From: Microthyrium microscopicum
Lineage: Eukaryota
Direction: 5' to 3'
Assembly: GCA_010405405.1 (NCBI GenBank)
Contig: MU004237.1
Coordinates: 472,191 to 536,190 of the forward strand
Length of the DNA stretch: 64,000 nt
Positions 38,398-51,230 of the stretch are shown here, one piece after another. Position 1 is the first letter of the stretch; every line of letters starts with the position of its first letter. The notes beneath the pieces are model-generated. The model saw nothing but the letters and a program-made list of their open reading frames with translations. It did not search any database and was not told the origin of the DNA. A program made the position numbers and the translations under genes.

Positions 38398-38547
38398 CTA
38401 TGGCGTACCTTGTTGATTCAAACTTTGTTCTTTCGCATAATCCAGGCTCTGGTTTTCCTTGCGTATCATTTTATATCTCAAAATAGCAACGATGACTGTG
38501 ACAACAGCCAATGCAGCTCCTAGTATTTCCGAAAAAGTACCTGCCAT
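38398..38547 (-). CDS. Putative single-TM microprotein
   Basis: MAGTFSEILGAALAVVTVIVAILRYKMIRK: hydrophobic helix followed by basic residues. Confidence 0.35.
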   Translation of the reverse strand: MAGTFSEILGAALAVVTVIVAILRYKMIRKENQSLDYAKEQSLNQQGTP

Positions 38548-40337
38548 ATCAAAGTATGATTTATGATTGGTCACTGGTGCTGGAAAGCTTGTGATATAGG
38601 TGGCTGAATGTGGAACGTATGACAGATTCATGATTTCTTGAAAACTAACTCAACGCCTAGTTTGGTCGTTTAGGAATTCGTGAAGTATATCGCGTTATTG
38701 AAAAGAGTGGGTCAAAGTTCTTGAGCTTGAATAACGAGTAGCAGCATTCAACGAGCCACTTTATACTACCTTAGCCCAGGAGCGACCGCAATGGTGGGCA
38801 AGACAAGGCCACGTCTAAGCCACATACCTCACCCTCTACCTACCTAGGTACCCATGAAGCCATTTCAATAAAAGGCAAGCCCCACTACGGCGGGAAGTGA
38901 AATGAGGTGGCAACTGGTACTTCCAGGAAGCGTACTTGGGCAGTGGTACAAATCATCAGTAAGCCAACACAAGTTGCCTTTCAGAACATCAAGAGTATCT
39001 TTTCATGCCGATTATCGTCTTCAAGATCTGAGAGATCACATCAGATTTAGTTGAGCTTCTACAGATTATGTCGTGTCGGTCCATCATAAATTGGCGACAT
39101 ACGATCTACATTTTTCGACCCTCGAAACGGTATTCCTCGATAAATAATTTACAGGGCGTTATCATCATCAGAATCATGTGATCAACTATTCGTGAGGACT
39201 TAAGAGACAAGATGCCGGCCTGAATTAGGAAGTAGTAAACCGCTAGAAGCTGTCTGTGAAAGTGGAAATTGGAGGTGACTACCCATCTTGTCAGATGATC
39301 CTACCTGAGGTTACCACTAGGCGTAAAGATCCAATCGTTAGTCACTGGAAGCAGCCGAGCGGCCGTTGAAATCTCCTGGTGTCACTTGGATCTCCTAGAT
39401 TAGTGATTGGTTTCTCAGCATGGCATACTAGCCCATCTGAGGGTAGAAGATGTCGTGATACTGCTTAAATGGGTCTCTTTCGGCGATTTACAGGGCTGTC
39501 GAATAGTTGTATCACAGATGATAGGTTGTTGGCATCTGACAAGAAGCACAAGTACGACTTGTCAAGGGATATTGGACGGGTGATTGACTCCGCCTTACGA
39601 AGAACTCTCAGTGAAAGCCAGCACTACCAGCGATATTTCATATACTTAAAGAAACGTTCTGAGCCTATAGAAACTCCGACTGCCCTCACGCTACTTTACA
39701 AATATTCCCGGTAGCTACCGATTTAGGTAGTAGGTATGATGTCCGGATAAATTAACTCAGGCAATGATCAAGAACAACGTAATTGATCATGTCAGCAAAC
39801 ATGTAGCGATGGAAAGTTTCAACATTGTTACAACGCTGGGAGGTGAAGCTTATATAGACTTTTTGATAATGTAATGCATCTAAATCTGGCTCAAATCTAG
39901 GTCCATGTGCGGCTCCGATGTTTAACGGCTCCCGTATCTTGAACAGTAAAAACGTATCACCATTGGAGCTCTTGTGCCCTTAATTTGTGCTTGCCATGAC
40001 TTATATCGCAATTGCAGTGGTAAGATTTTATGATTCCGCTACAAAATGTTGTCGTGGCACTTGTTGCCTCACTTTGTCGAGCTTCTTGACTGGGGTTCGA
40101 TGAGCGTCCTGTCTTCCAGTATGTCTGCTAGTGGGATTCCGAGCCATCGGACAGATGGCTTCTTTCCAGTAAGTGGCTAAGCGCGATGTCCATACCAGTC
40201 GAACCATGACGATGGTGTTTGCTTGTGTTGGTGATCTTTCACATTTGTTGCCGTCCAGTGTTCTCGATGGAGATGTTTTGCAGGGCGACGATGGTATGAT
40301 CTACGGGTGGAGAGCCTGATATTTCTTCCAGTCAGCT

Positions 40338-40553
40338 TTATGCATGGATTGATCTGGGTAAAGTCAACAACTCGCCTAACTCAGGATCTGTGTCTCCCAG
40401 AGATTCACGAGTCCTGTGCTGTCTAATTCGAAAGCAACGAATAACTGTCCCCAATAGTACAGTACTAACTAGTGTGCTAGCTACTGCAACTACTGCCCCT
40501 ACTATCTGCGAGGTATACTCGACCGAGGAGCGTGTTGATAGGATAGGTGACAT
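40338..40553 (-). CDS. Putative single-TM microprotein
   Basis: SQIVGAVVAVASTLVSTVLLGTVIRCFRIR..DPELGE: TM helix, basic stop-transfer, DxE-type tail. Confidence 0.4.
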   Translation of the reverse strand: MSPILSTRSSVEYTSQIVGAVVAVASTLVSTVLLGTVIRCFRIRQHRTRESLGDTDPELGELLTLPRSIHA

Positions 40554-43500
40554 CTCTTCGATCTTCAGGTTGGGTTACTTGACTCTGTGGCACTGTGCAA
40601 ACCGAAAATCAGTTCGGTTTGTGCAAACACAGTTGGCTTGATCGAGGGTAGGTGGATCATTATATCTTGTTTTGATAAAAAATCCTTGATATCTGCAGGG
40701 CGAAGAGTACAAATCGCCCACGATAGGCAAGTTCTTTCCACGATTGTACTTGAGAGAGAACCATGGGAGCTATGATCGCTCCATGTTCATCCTTTTAGGT
40801 CCTTAACGCTTCAAGGAATGGCTCTCGCCCCGGTCCGCAGGGACCACGGGTGGAAAGCGGGAAACTATCCGGTAGGCTGCTGGATTGCAATGGGATTGAG
40901 CCTATTCGCTCATCCCTACAATTCTGTATTTACTAAACAAATCAGAATTCATGAGACCTTCGACTCAATTCTGTCCACGCGGACAACACCCCTGGTCTGG
41001 GATGCATCCATGGGGTCGTGAGTTGCTTTCGCTCTGCATACCAATTTTCTGCGACGTCATGACCCGACTGCGATCACTGCTCTCAAGAGAATCCAATGTA
41101 TTGCAGGGCGGACGTAAACGCATTGACGAATGTCAGATAACAGAAAGACGTCTTTAAAGCGCTCGAACTCTTTGATTGTGCATAAACGGTACATTCATAC
41201 TGCATGAAGACCGCACGCATCAGGCTGAGATTAGAGAATGAAGAATCGGTGAGCAATACCAGATGTGGGTGGTATTAGTGACCGATCACAATAGCATAGA
41301 ACGTGGTTTGTGAACGACGCCTTGCTGCATGAGGTGCATGTCCACCTGCGATTGACTTCAATGGCGAGGCGGCTGATGTTCATGATGCAGTAGGCCTCAA
41401 CCCAACCTCCAAGGTGCCACGCCGCCACTTAATAGTAGGTAGGTTCGCGAGTGATTGGTGCGGGACACTGATCTGAAGCAGGCACGACATATTCTTTGAA
41501 GGGCATCGACTCATAACTGCATCAAGGAGCTTTTGGAAGGCCGAAAGCTACCTAGTGTAATGATGCACTGTATAAGTAACCAAAACATGTTAAGAGTTTG
41601 AAGATCGACTCTAGTCTAGGTAGGTACACATCTTCTGCCGCTCTCTACCCCTCTAAGAACTTTTATTCACTTTGTGGATTGCGGCATTTTAGACTTGCCG
41701 CGCTCCGGCACTGATTGTTGCTGGTTGATACTACTGCATAACACATGTGTGGTCATGTAGCCCAAAAGGCAAGCACACTATCATTTTTGTTCTTAATTAG
41801 CGACCGCTATGAGAGCAAGAGTTTTGCTTCTCTTTCCATGCCACAAAATACTCTAAAAGCTAAATTAGTATCAAATTGGCAGGCTGATATCCCGAGTCTA
41901 GCCCAATAGGTAGAAACTGAAGGCTGCGTGATCTTACAGGCCTACATCCTGTCTTGTAAAACACATATTGCTTTTGCTTGAACACAATTGACAATACCTT
42001 GAAGCAAACGGCATGCATAGCAGGCCGTTGTGTTCTTCTTGTTGGCCAGATCAGGCCTCAGCTTAGGCCTCATAGTACGCATGAGGTTTCTCTTTTGGGA
42101 GTAAAGCGCTAGCCATGCAGCTATCTGATATGATAGGCAGTGGAAAGGCAACTTGCTGCCTGGTTTTTGCAAACCTCTGTCACCCACACTTCTGAAATTC
42201 GTCAGGGCAATAATTTTCTCATGGTCGAACAAAGCACTTGGTCAGCCAAAATTTGATGAGCAATTGATCATAGCATAATAAATTTTGGAAAACTTGATTT
42301 ATGGAATAGAGTCAATAGACAGCTACGACCATGAAAGTATTCGCTTGAAGACACTAGGGGTGGTCGGCGGAGTAGTTTGCCTTACATGGTTGGTCCCCTG
42401 GGAGACATCACATTTGGTGCAGCAGTATTCTTGAGACGGCGTCCAGACACTCTCGAAAAAGCCTGGTGTAGTTCTTCGCTGGCTACGTTCTTTCATTGGA
42501 ACCAAGCAATGAAAGAAGCTAATCGTTAAGTCGGGGATCCAACTAGATTCTCCGCTGCAACTTGTCACCCAATGGATCACCAGTTCAAACAGAATTTGAA
42601 ACATGGAAGAGCAGGATTGTTGAAAAGTGCATGCACAGTAAAATGGCTACAAGGCGTGAAGGCAGGTCAACAGGCTTTGAGCGCTAGCTGCGATAAATAA
42701 ATTCATGGCGAGGCGATGCGCTGGCATGTAAAAAACCCTAGTTCAAATTGAATGTAAATACCATCAAGTTATGGTGATAGTATGAAGATGTCCGCTAATC
42801 CTGCCGGGTTGGTTCCAGGTGGCTGGATGACCATGTTTGTCTAGCTTGACTTGTCGATTTTCGACATTAGACCTTCCATGCTCCAGGAAAGCCACAGTCT
42901 TCTCTCATGCAAAGAGTGATTATGGGGCGATTTTATACTGGCTGATTAGTCGAGCTCATGGTGGGTGGGCGCAAACAGCAGACGGCATATATTAGGTCAA
43001 CTAAGTCTATCTGCAGACCGCTCACTTCCTTGTCCTGAGTCCACCTCACCGACGAAAGTCCCCGTATGAAGATGGACTGCTTTGCCATGTATTTCTATCT
43101 TCTAAACTTCACGCTAATGACTTTCAGGCCGGGAATATTGACGCTGCTGGGGAAAGTCTACCTAAAAGAATGGAAATTGTGGAAAGCAAAGTACGTTTAC
43201 AATGATTTGGGCACGCAAACCCCAAACGTCATACTGCTCAGGAGCTCAAGGACTGGTATGTACGAGCGAGTTACGCCTCCTGAGCGCCGATCGCATTGCG
43301 AGTCGTCTTGTTATCCGGCTGAGCAAATAGCTTTAGCAGACAAGCAAAACGAATGTGCCAATTCCCAAACATGTCCTGTTGATTGGTAAGGATGCATGAC
43401 GTTTTGGAGCCTATATTGCAACGAAAGCAACTAGAGATGAATGGATCTTTCTGTGCGCCATCGCATCCATCAACATCCAAATTTCACGCTGCTTCAGTTA

Positions 43501-45058
43501 TGACTTAATAGGACCAGACGCCTTTCAGGGTCACTTGACTTCTGAAGGTCATCAATCTATTATCGAGCTTGGCTACATGGTTTAGCTAAAAAGAAATAGC
43601 CGCATTATGTGCAAGTCATGTCCAAAATGACAAAATTCTATCTCCTAGTATACACAAATGTGATGGCACTTGGGGCCGCTGTAGTACAAACTCTACCTCC
43701 TCCAATCACAGATGTCATATCTTTGAGATCAACTTGCCGGGAAAATGAGAGTAAGCCTCTTCGCTCAATCTGTACATTGGCAATGACCGGTCACTGCGGG
43801 CATGCGCAATGCAAGGACAACTGTAGAATACCTAACTTCGAAGCAGAGTGAAGTTTCTCGAATTATGGCTTGCGCTTCAACAAATCTAGATTAATAGACA
43901 CACTCAATGGTTGCATATACGAGCATCTAATAGGCTCCCCTCAGAGATTTGAAATATAAATCACAGAAATGGGTGAAAAATATATGGCTGTTTGATATTT
44001 GTAGCGAATAGGGGCAATAAACAACGGCTGAGTAAGCAGCAGACGCGTCTCAGTTTGAGCCTCAAAATCACAACAACAAACACATCGCGACTCACCTAAC
44101 TCCAACCTCAATGCACTCTCTTTACTTCCCCTATCTCTCAAATAAATCTTTGGCTTCTTCGAAATACAGTCAGTCCAAGTTTACCCTATGGAATCATGCA
44201 AGACCAGCAGAAAGACTCGGTAATTCCCTCATGAAGCTCGCCCAGCAGTCTCCTTCCTTTTTCACGTCCCGAGTATGGGCTCTTAGCGTGCCGAGCTTCA
44301 GTCCTGGCCTCAACCTCTCTAAACAAGTGATGGACGTCTGCGCAAGTCCTCCAGTTCTCTCTCGATGGACATATGGGTCTTTGGTTCCTGGACAGCAGCG
44401 TCGTAGCCGCTCCCGCTGGGCCAAATCATAGCACTATGTAGCGTCAGCGAGAGAAGCTTCCTGTCCACGAGCAGAGTTTCATTGGCTGGTTATCGGGGAG
44501 TTCGTGTCACGGCCTGGAGATTATTCCATCGCGTCTGGTTCGGACCTACAAAAGGTCGTTGCACCCCTCTGAGAAAAACCTAACAGAATGAAACCGAGAA
44601 CATGAGTGAGGACAATCGTAAGTAACTCATGTGTGCTTGGTTTTGGCGCTGATAGGTTTCTAGGCCAATCTGGATGCCCTGACCCACACTGCAAATTCGC
44701 ATTGGCAGCCTTCCTCAACACTACTGGATGAATTTATCATCCCGTCATACCTATCCATGGACCTGCTACATTGCATGTAAGCCGGATTCTTTAGCTTCCG
44801 GGACCGTACGCAAGCTAAGTGGTTTATTTGCACAAAAGGCAAAGCCTCTAGCGACGGACGCCTGAGTAGTGCAAGTGGTAAAGGAGGGCAGGTACGCATT
44901 CATGTGCTCGCACAGAAGAAAGTTTCATTCGTCACTACATAAAACTAGTAATAGAGAGAGGAATATTGTTTATGCCGTACAAACAAGAGTTACGCGAGTA
45001 TAGAACGAGTGGTGCTGGCAAACACAAACCATGCCTCAGAAAGAAGGGTGATCAGGAG

Positions 45059-46998
45059 CTAAGGTGCTCCTAGGAACCTCGCATTGTTGATCAAAATCGG
45101 GCGGACGGGCACGACCGTGGCCACTGAGATGTGTGGCCAGGAGAGAGTGTTGAAGTTGAGCAGAACTGTTTGAGAATATTGAATCTGCGTGGCCTCAACT
45201 GCATATCTACCCGCTGGTACATCTTTATTCACTGGAAAGACGAAGCTGGGAACAGTACCTGGTACAAGGCCTTTGTCTATAGGCTGAAGCTCAGTGGGAG
45301 GCGCAAGAAGTTTGCCCTCCGCTCCGGTCTTAGGTTTCCCTTCTGAAGTTACCTGAGCTACATATTTTGTTGGTAGCAGTATCGTGTAGACGACTGTGGA
45401 AATCCAGAAAGTAGACTCAACTTTCCCGACGCTCGCATTAGGTTTACCATTCAAAGCTCCATCCAGGAAAGCAATATTGGCAGTGCCAATGGCCGGCATA
45501 GGGGATGGCGCAACTGGAGCCGGTGCTTTCCCTTTAGCAGCCGTGGCTGGTAGAAGATTCGTTGATCGCTCAACGAAGGTCTGTTGTGCGACTTTGAGTG
45601 CCTGCAAACTTTTGTTGACTTCCTCTTTTTCTTTTGAAGTCGTCACGCTAGTCAGTTTGAGGTCAATGTCTTTAAGCGCCTTGTCTATCGCGGCTTTTGC
45701 ATCGTCGATTGCCGCTTTTGCGGCTAGATGTGGGCATGCTTGTCTCGCGAGAGAGTCGACAGGTAGAGTTGGTAGAGTTGATACAGTGAATTGAATGACT
45801 TGGCTGAAAGCTTTCCCAGCATTGTGGCTCTTTAGGAGGGTGTTTGGATTGTTAACGAGCTCTTGTGTAATTTCCGATGTTGTTGCAATTTTCTGCGGCA
45901 ATCTCGTCGCAGCTCCGTTGGTAAGCGAGAAATGAGGCAGTGTAATCTCACCACCTCCGGCCAGAGGGAAGGGCTTCGAGGAAGCAAGCGGAAAATCAGG
46001 TTGAAATCCATCGTTTGGCGTGGCAGGAGACTTTGGATTGTTCATGATTGGTGCTACTTCTCCTTGGGCGTTGATAGTTGTACCATGAGGAATGGATGCC
46101 ATGCGGCATATTGTAGCGTTGTTTTGAGGTACCTCAGTTGGCGGAACATGCATAAAAAGTCCGGGTTCGAAATGGATATCTTCGACGTCGTCTTGTTGAG
46201 TTGAAACCTTTGCTGCACCCAGATTATCAACCGGGATGCGGGAACCCCCTGAGCTTTTGGCGGTGACGTCCCTCACAAGTTGCGTATATGGAATGCCTTT
46301 CATGAAAAGGTCATGGCGTTTGCTGGGCAAAGCCTCGTCGCCTTGCCCAGCCACACGATTGGGAACATCCCCCAGGTTGCCTTTCTTGCTGGGAAATGTC
46401 CAAATTTCATGGGTGAGATTGAGCTCTAAAAGGTCATCATCTGGTAAGGAAATCCCTGGGTTCGCCTTTTGCAATTTTTCCAAATCCGGTGGTTGTTTAT
46501 CTCCATGAGGTCGGAAGATAAGATTGAATCCAGCTAAACCCGTTAGCGTGTTATTCATGTTGAAGTAGTAAAATGCCAGTAGTATTGAAAGCAAGACGTG
46601 TGGTCCTCGACTCATAAATGCAGTTGAAGCACAAGTACCAAAGGTAGCTTCGATTCTAGCCATCGCCGAGCTTGAAAGAATTTGAAGAGCTACCATTAGA
46701 GAAAAAGAGAATCGCACTTACGCCCAGAAAAAGGTCCTATAAGTCGAGCAATGGCGTCTCCATAGTTTTCCTTTCCTACATTGCGACTCGGGAACCGGAT
46801 AGGATCTGTTTTCGCTGCTACCACTGGTGTTGGGGCTGGCGTAGGGGTGGGTACAGCTGCTGGAGAAGTTGCCGTCCCACCAACTAGACTCTTGTCGGCT
46901 GATTGAATTTTGAATTCCGCAGGCAACGAGATGCCAGGAACGGGCTTGCTAAGGAGCTCTGGGGGATAGAAGTCATTGGCGTTGATGTAGTCAGTCAT
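45059..46998 (-). CDS. Bacterial-type heme-binding protein / putative FMP-type peroxidase
   Basis: LIGPFSG|GFNLIFRP, LLELNLTHE, IHFEPGLF, RMASIPHG, STFWI, QIQYSQTVLLNF, WPHISVAT resemble (from memory) the family of Flavobacterium meningosepticum peroxidase. Intron about 46534-46721 (may hide a micro-exon); no signal peptide. Confidence 0.7.
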
Positions 46999-48330
46999 AA
47001 TTGATGTTGTCGCCAAGATGCTTTGACTAGGGCTGGAATTGAATAGACAAAGAAGTTTTGAAGAGAGCAAAATGGAAAGACGAAGAATACCAGATATAAG
47101 AAAGCTTAGCAGAGAGAAGATCGTGGCCTTGAAATATCTCTCAAGTGCATATACAAGCTTTAGTCTAATGTCACTAAATAGAGCTTGGTAGCAGACTCTG
47201 GATCTGCGTCTTCAGAGTCAATGAAGCATGACTAAATACAGTTCATTGGGCCGATGTGGTCTAGATGCTCTATCGACTGTGTATGGTAGCATGAGGGGAA
47301 GCTGAATGTGTCTACATATCAGCCCTTGGTTTGTGTCTATCCAATTGTAATGTCTCTAGCACTAATGTATCGTATGATGAGCTTCGATTGCGAGCACGAT
47401 ATCCAGCCACTGCTTGAAATATATGCTGCAGGAGCACATTTACATATCTCATCAATGTAATAGAGATACATAATTCGTTCTAGACACAAGGATTTGAGAC
47501 CTCAGCTTTTCGAGACCCTGGGAATGAGCACCCATTAAGATCAGGTAAATGTCGTATACCTGCATAAAGGCTGCAGCTGGGTGGACAAACACCTCAGCCT
47601 TATCTGAAGGAGTGTTATTTCCCGTTTGTTGCGCTATCTCGTTTATGCAGTTGATTGACTTTTCGATAAGTGCCGCGAGGCCGTGAGTCTCGAGCAGTCT
47701 GAAGCGCAATTCATATCTTGGCAGATAATAATGTGCATCTCAGCTATCGGGAAGGTGGTGATCATACTCTATTTCACGACTTTTTGAGACTGGGCATGTT
47801 ATCGACGTGCAGTTCAGCTCCTGTGAATCAGCCTTATGTGCTCATTGTTGCAGAATGCCAAGACCCGGTAAGGCTGTCTCGGCATGCAACTTGGGAATCC
47901 TTCGCCCGTTGCAGTAAATCTAAACGAGTCTGGCGATACGTCTAGACAATCCGGCAGGGGATCCAGAATCTATCCTCAAGTCTAGATTCTCAGCCCTATT
48001 CAAACGAGCGGAGTAATTGAGCTACTCGGCGTTCACCATTGGTCAAGCACGGTGAAGAGACAGGCAATTGGGCACGGGGTTGGACGTCCTGCAGGACGGC
48101 ACGGCACGGCACACTCTACTGCAGGGTAGAAGATGAGTGAGGGATTAAGCCATGGCTCAGGCCCAGGTTGGGTAGGTTGAGCGGTTAGCACTATACTGCG
48201 AGCTAGAACCGAACAAGTATCATTGTATTCGTAGTCAGATAGTCAAATGTAAGAATCTCAAGTAATAGAAGTCGTCACTCAGATGGGATACACATCATGT
48301 GCCAACCAGAGAAACTGAATGGCAAGGCAC

Positions 48331-51230
48331 CTAAATAAGCAGCCGCACTTGGAGTCTGTATCCATCGTCCGTTTGGCTTACTGGGCCAGTAACAGCGTAA
48401 GTTTGGACATCGTCAATTGCTTGCGACTGTACAAGTTTGTCGTAAGCATCAGCTTCTTCGGGAGTAACGGCCTGAGGACTTTGGGAAACCCTGTCCCATT
48501 GAATTTTGGTTTGAGGCTCTAGACGAGTCAATTCAACGTCAGGTCTCGAGCCTTCACCGATCAAGAAGAGTCTGTTATCCTTGAGCTCGACAAAGCCTTT
48601 GAGGGTGGCTTCAAAGCCACGAATCCCGTATGTTGCGCGTATGATGTCGTAAAACTGTCTTCTCCAGTTTTCGAAGACAGGTAGCCCATTATCTTGCATA
48701 TAGACGGAGGCACTCGAGCTATTCGAGTGAGGCATTGGATCGACATGTTCAACGCCATCCAGTTTCCCAAGTGCATCATGTGCAGCACCCCAGCAGGCCG
48801 ATAGACCATATGGGCAGATCGATTCAATCCCGATTTCGATACGTGTTCCCGTGGCCGCTGCGCGCACCGCGGCACGCATTTTGATGGTGTTGGGAGGATT
48901 ATGTTTCGCGAGCTTGAGATCGGCTGCGAACTTCTTGCGTTCGGCTTCCAACTTAGCAGATGGCAAGATTTGCATGATCTTGCCTATTGATGGCTTGCCT
49001 ATCTCATTGAGAGCGAACAGCATGTAATATCCGGGTGGGCATGTGTTGGGATTAGATGGCGCCGTCACAGCAAGGGCCCCAGCTTCTCCTGGTACTGGCT
49101 TGAAGTCTAGCCAGTTGAGCCGTTGACCAGTGTTGATAGAATGTGTGACAGATGAGAGGCCGATCAGGCTTATTTTTTTGATCTGATCTGACGAGGTGGT
49201 GGTAATTTCGAAATTTGCTCCGTGAGTGGCCGAATCTGCCCCAGATATAATGCTCGGCCGCGTTCCAGGTTTGCACAAATATGGAGGCGAAAAGAACTGA
49301 GCATTTCTGTAAGATTCTTTTGGGAGATTGGCCGTATCCTTGTCTTTGATCTGGAACTCGCCGCCTCCAGCACTGAGTATCCTGCCATCTGGCACCAGCA
49401 CCGCAGTTGCATGGTAACAGCGGTCGAATTGTTCAGAAGCCATCAGTTTCCAGCTCCCATTGTCTCCAATGCGTGGATCCCACAGTTCCGCGTCGTGCAC
49501 AGTTCTGCCATCACTGAGATCATTGAAAGGATCTTGGCCAGTGTCACCATTGCCCCGAGTACCACCTGTTACAAGCACCGTCCCATCGGGGAGTATAGTG
49601 GCGTTGTGCTGCCGGCGGGGAAAGTTCATGGGATTGCTCGGTATCCAGCCGATTTCAGCTTGAGCCAAATCAATAGTGTTGGCAGTTGAATCTGGAGGCC
49701 TGCTACCTCCAACAAAAAGTACCTTGCCTGTGTCATACATAACGGAGCATCCGTAGTCGGTCGACACCGGCCTGCTGACCACCGCGGGCTGAGTGGTCTT
49801 AGTAGCGGTAAGCAGTTCAATCGTGTTCCAAGTTCCTGAGCCCGGGGGAGTTGGCGGCATAGTTTTATCGGAGCCATTGATATTTAGGGACAATGTGTTC
49901 TGTAGCGACACTGCAAAAACGAGTCCGTTTGGAGCCACGTGCATGCGTGGATAAAGGTCTTTAATCTCGGACTGTGCACTGCGTACGAACTCTGTACCAG
50001 TCCAGATCTCAGGGATGTTAGCATTGGTATTTGCCTTGGGGTTCTTAGGATCTGTCCCGTAGCTGCCAGATGTCACGAGAACAGCCCCTGTTCCCAAAGA
50101 AGTGACTGTTGGGTACCACCGGCCTTTCAACATTTTAGGACCTGGTTTCCATTTCCCCAGCCCCTTTGCTTCCGGGATGTAGACAGATGACTGGTTGGCA
50201 CCAGAGCCATCATACTCATGGCCCCCGACTACCAATAGGCTTCCATCAGGCAAAAAGGTATGGCCAGAGCAGAAGAGATTTGCATTTGTATCTGGGCCAT
50301 CTCTTTGGTAAGTTGGCTGCGGAGTAAAGTCATATTCCGGAGTGTTCTTGGAAGGATCAAACTCTCGGGGATTGACGGGATCAAACAGAAAAGGGGTGCA
50401 AGTTGCTGCAGGAGAAGGTAGACCTCCAGGACCGTCAATAGGGGTCGGTGGAAACGTGTTCATGGATTGCTTGGGATTGTCTCGTCTGCCCCACATAAGT
50501 ATCTTGCCAGTCCACAAGAGATGAGCATGGGCAGCAACATTTGGTAATTGAATGACCTTGCCCCATTGGCCTCGTTGACTTGGGTCGGGGATAGTACTTC
50601 CGATGGTAAAGTTGAATGGGCTTTTTCGAGCATCTTCGTCTTTACCGGATGTGGCAGAAAATAGACCAGTAGCGTCGCTGCTTCGAAGATACGTGATCTC
50701 TTTATCGGCTTGGGCTTATGAAGGACATATTAGCATATGTCTTTCATGGGTAACAATACATTCTGCGAAGTGACAAGTAAGTCTCCCGAAGATCCCTTTT
50801 CTCCTCTTATATATCTTGTGCGAATGGCTTCATAAGGATTACAATGAAGAATTTGAGCTGTGCAGACCGAGCAGATTATTGTCAGGAAGAGCTTACCATA
50901 CGCAGCGACTATATAGTATTGCACTTGAGTGCCCGCAGGGAGTCCATCGACTGGAATGGCTGCAGAAAAGAATTTGTCATTTCCGACAGTATCGACAAAC
51001 TCCATTTGCTGTGTCTGCCAGGCCGTCCAGTTACTCTTGAGCAATTGCCTAAACCACAACGCACTGCCATCTCGAAGTTGATTGCCAGCAGCTGAGCCAC
51101 CCTGAAATTGATTGCCGCTGAATATTGTGACCTGCTTGGTGGAATCATTGGGGAATGCAGGACTTCGCATACCATTCGTCGCAGGCCTTTTGGCTTCCGT
51201 AGGCGTATGCCAGGCATTACCGAACACCAT
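48331..51230 (-). CDS. Copper radical oxidase (galactose oxidase-like, AA5 fold) with N-terminal beta domain and C-terminal HMA-like domain
   Basis: LFCSGH (Cys), RWYPT (Tyr), RCYHA (Tyr-His), SSVTHS (His), Kelch repeats, CPPGYYMLF; intron about 50716-50896 joins QYYIVAAY to AQADKEITYL in frame. Confidence 0.9.

Noticed and set aside
43941..44899. Short ORFs downstream of the peroxidase as a third system member
   Set aside because: No recognisable motif or consistent frame.
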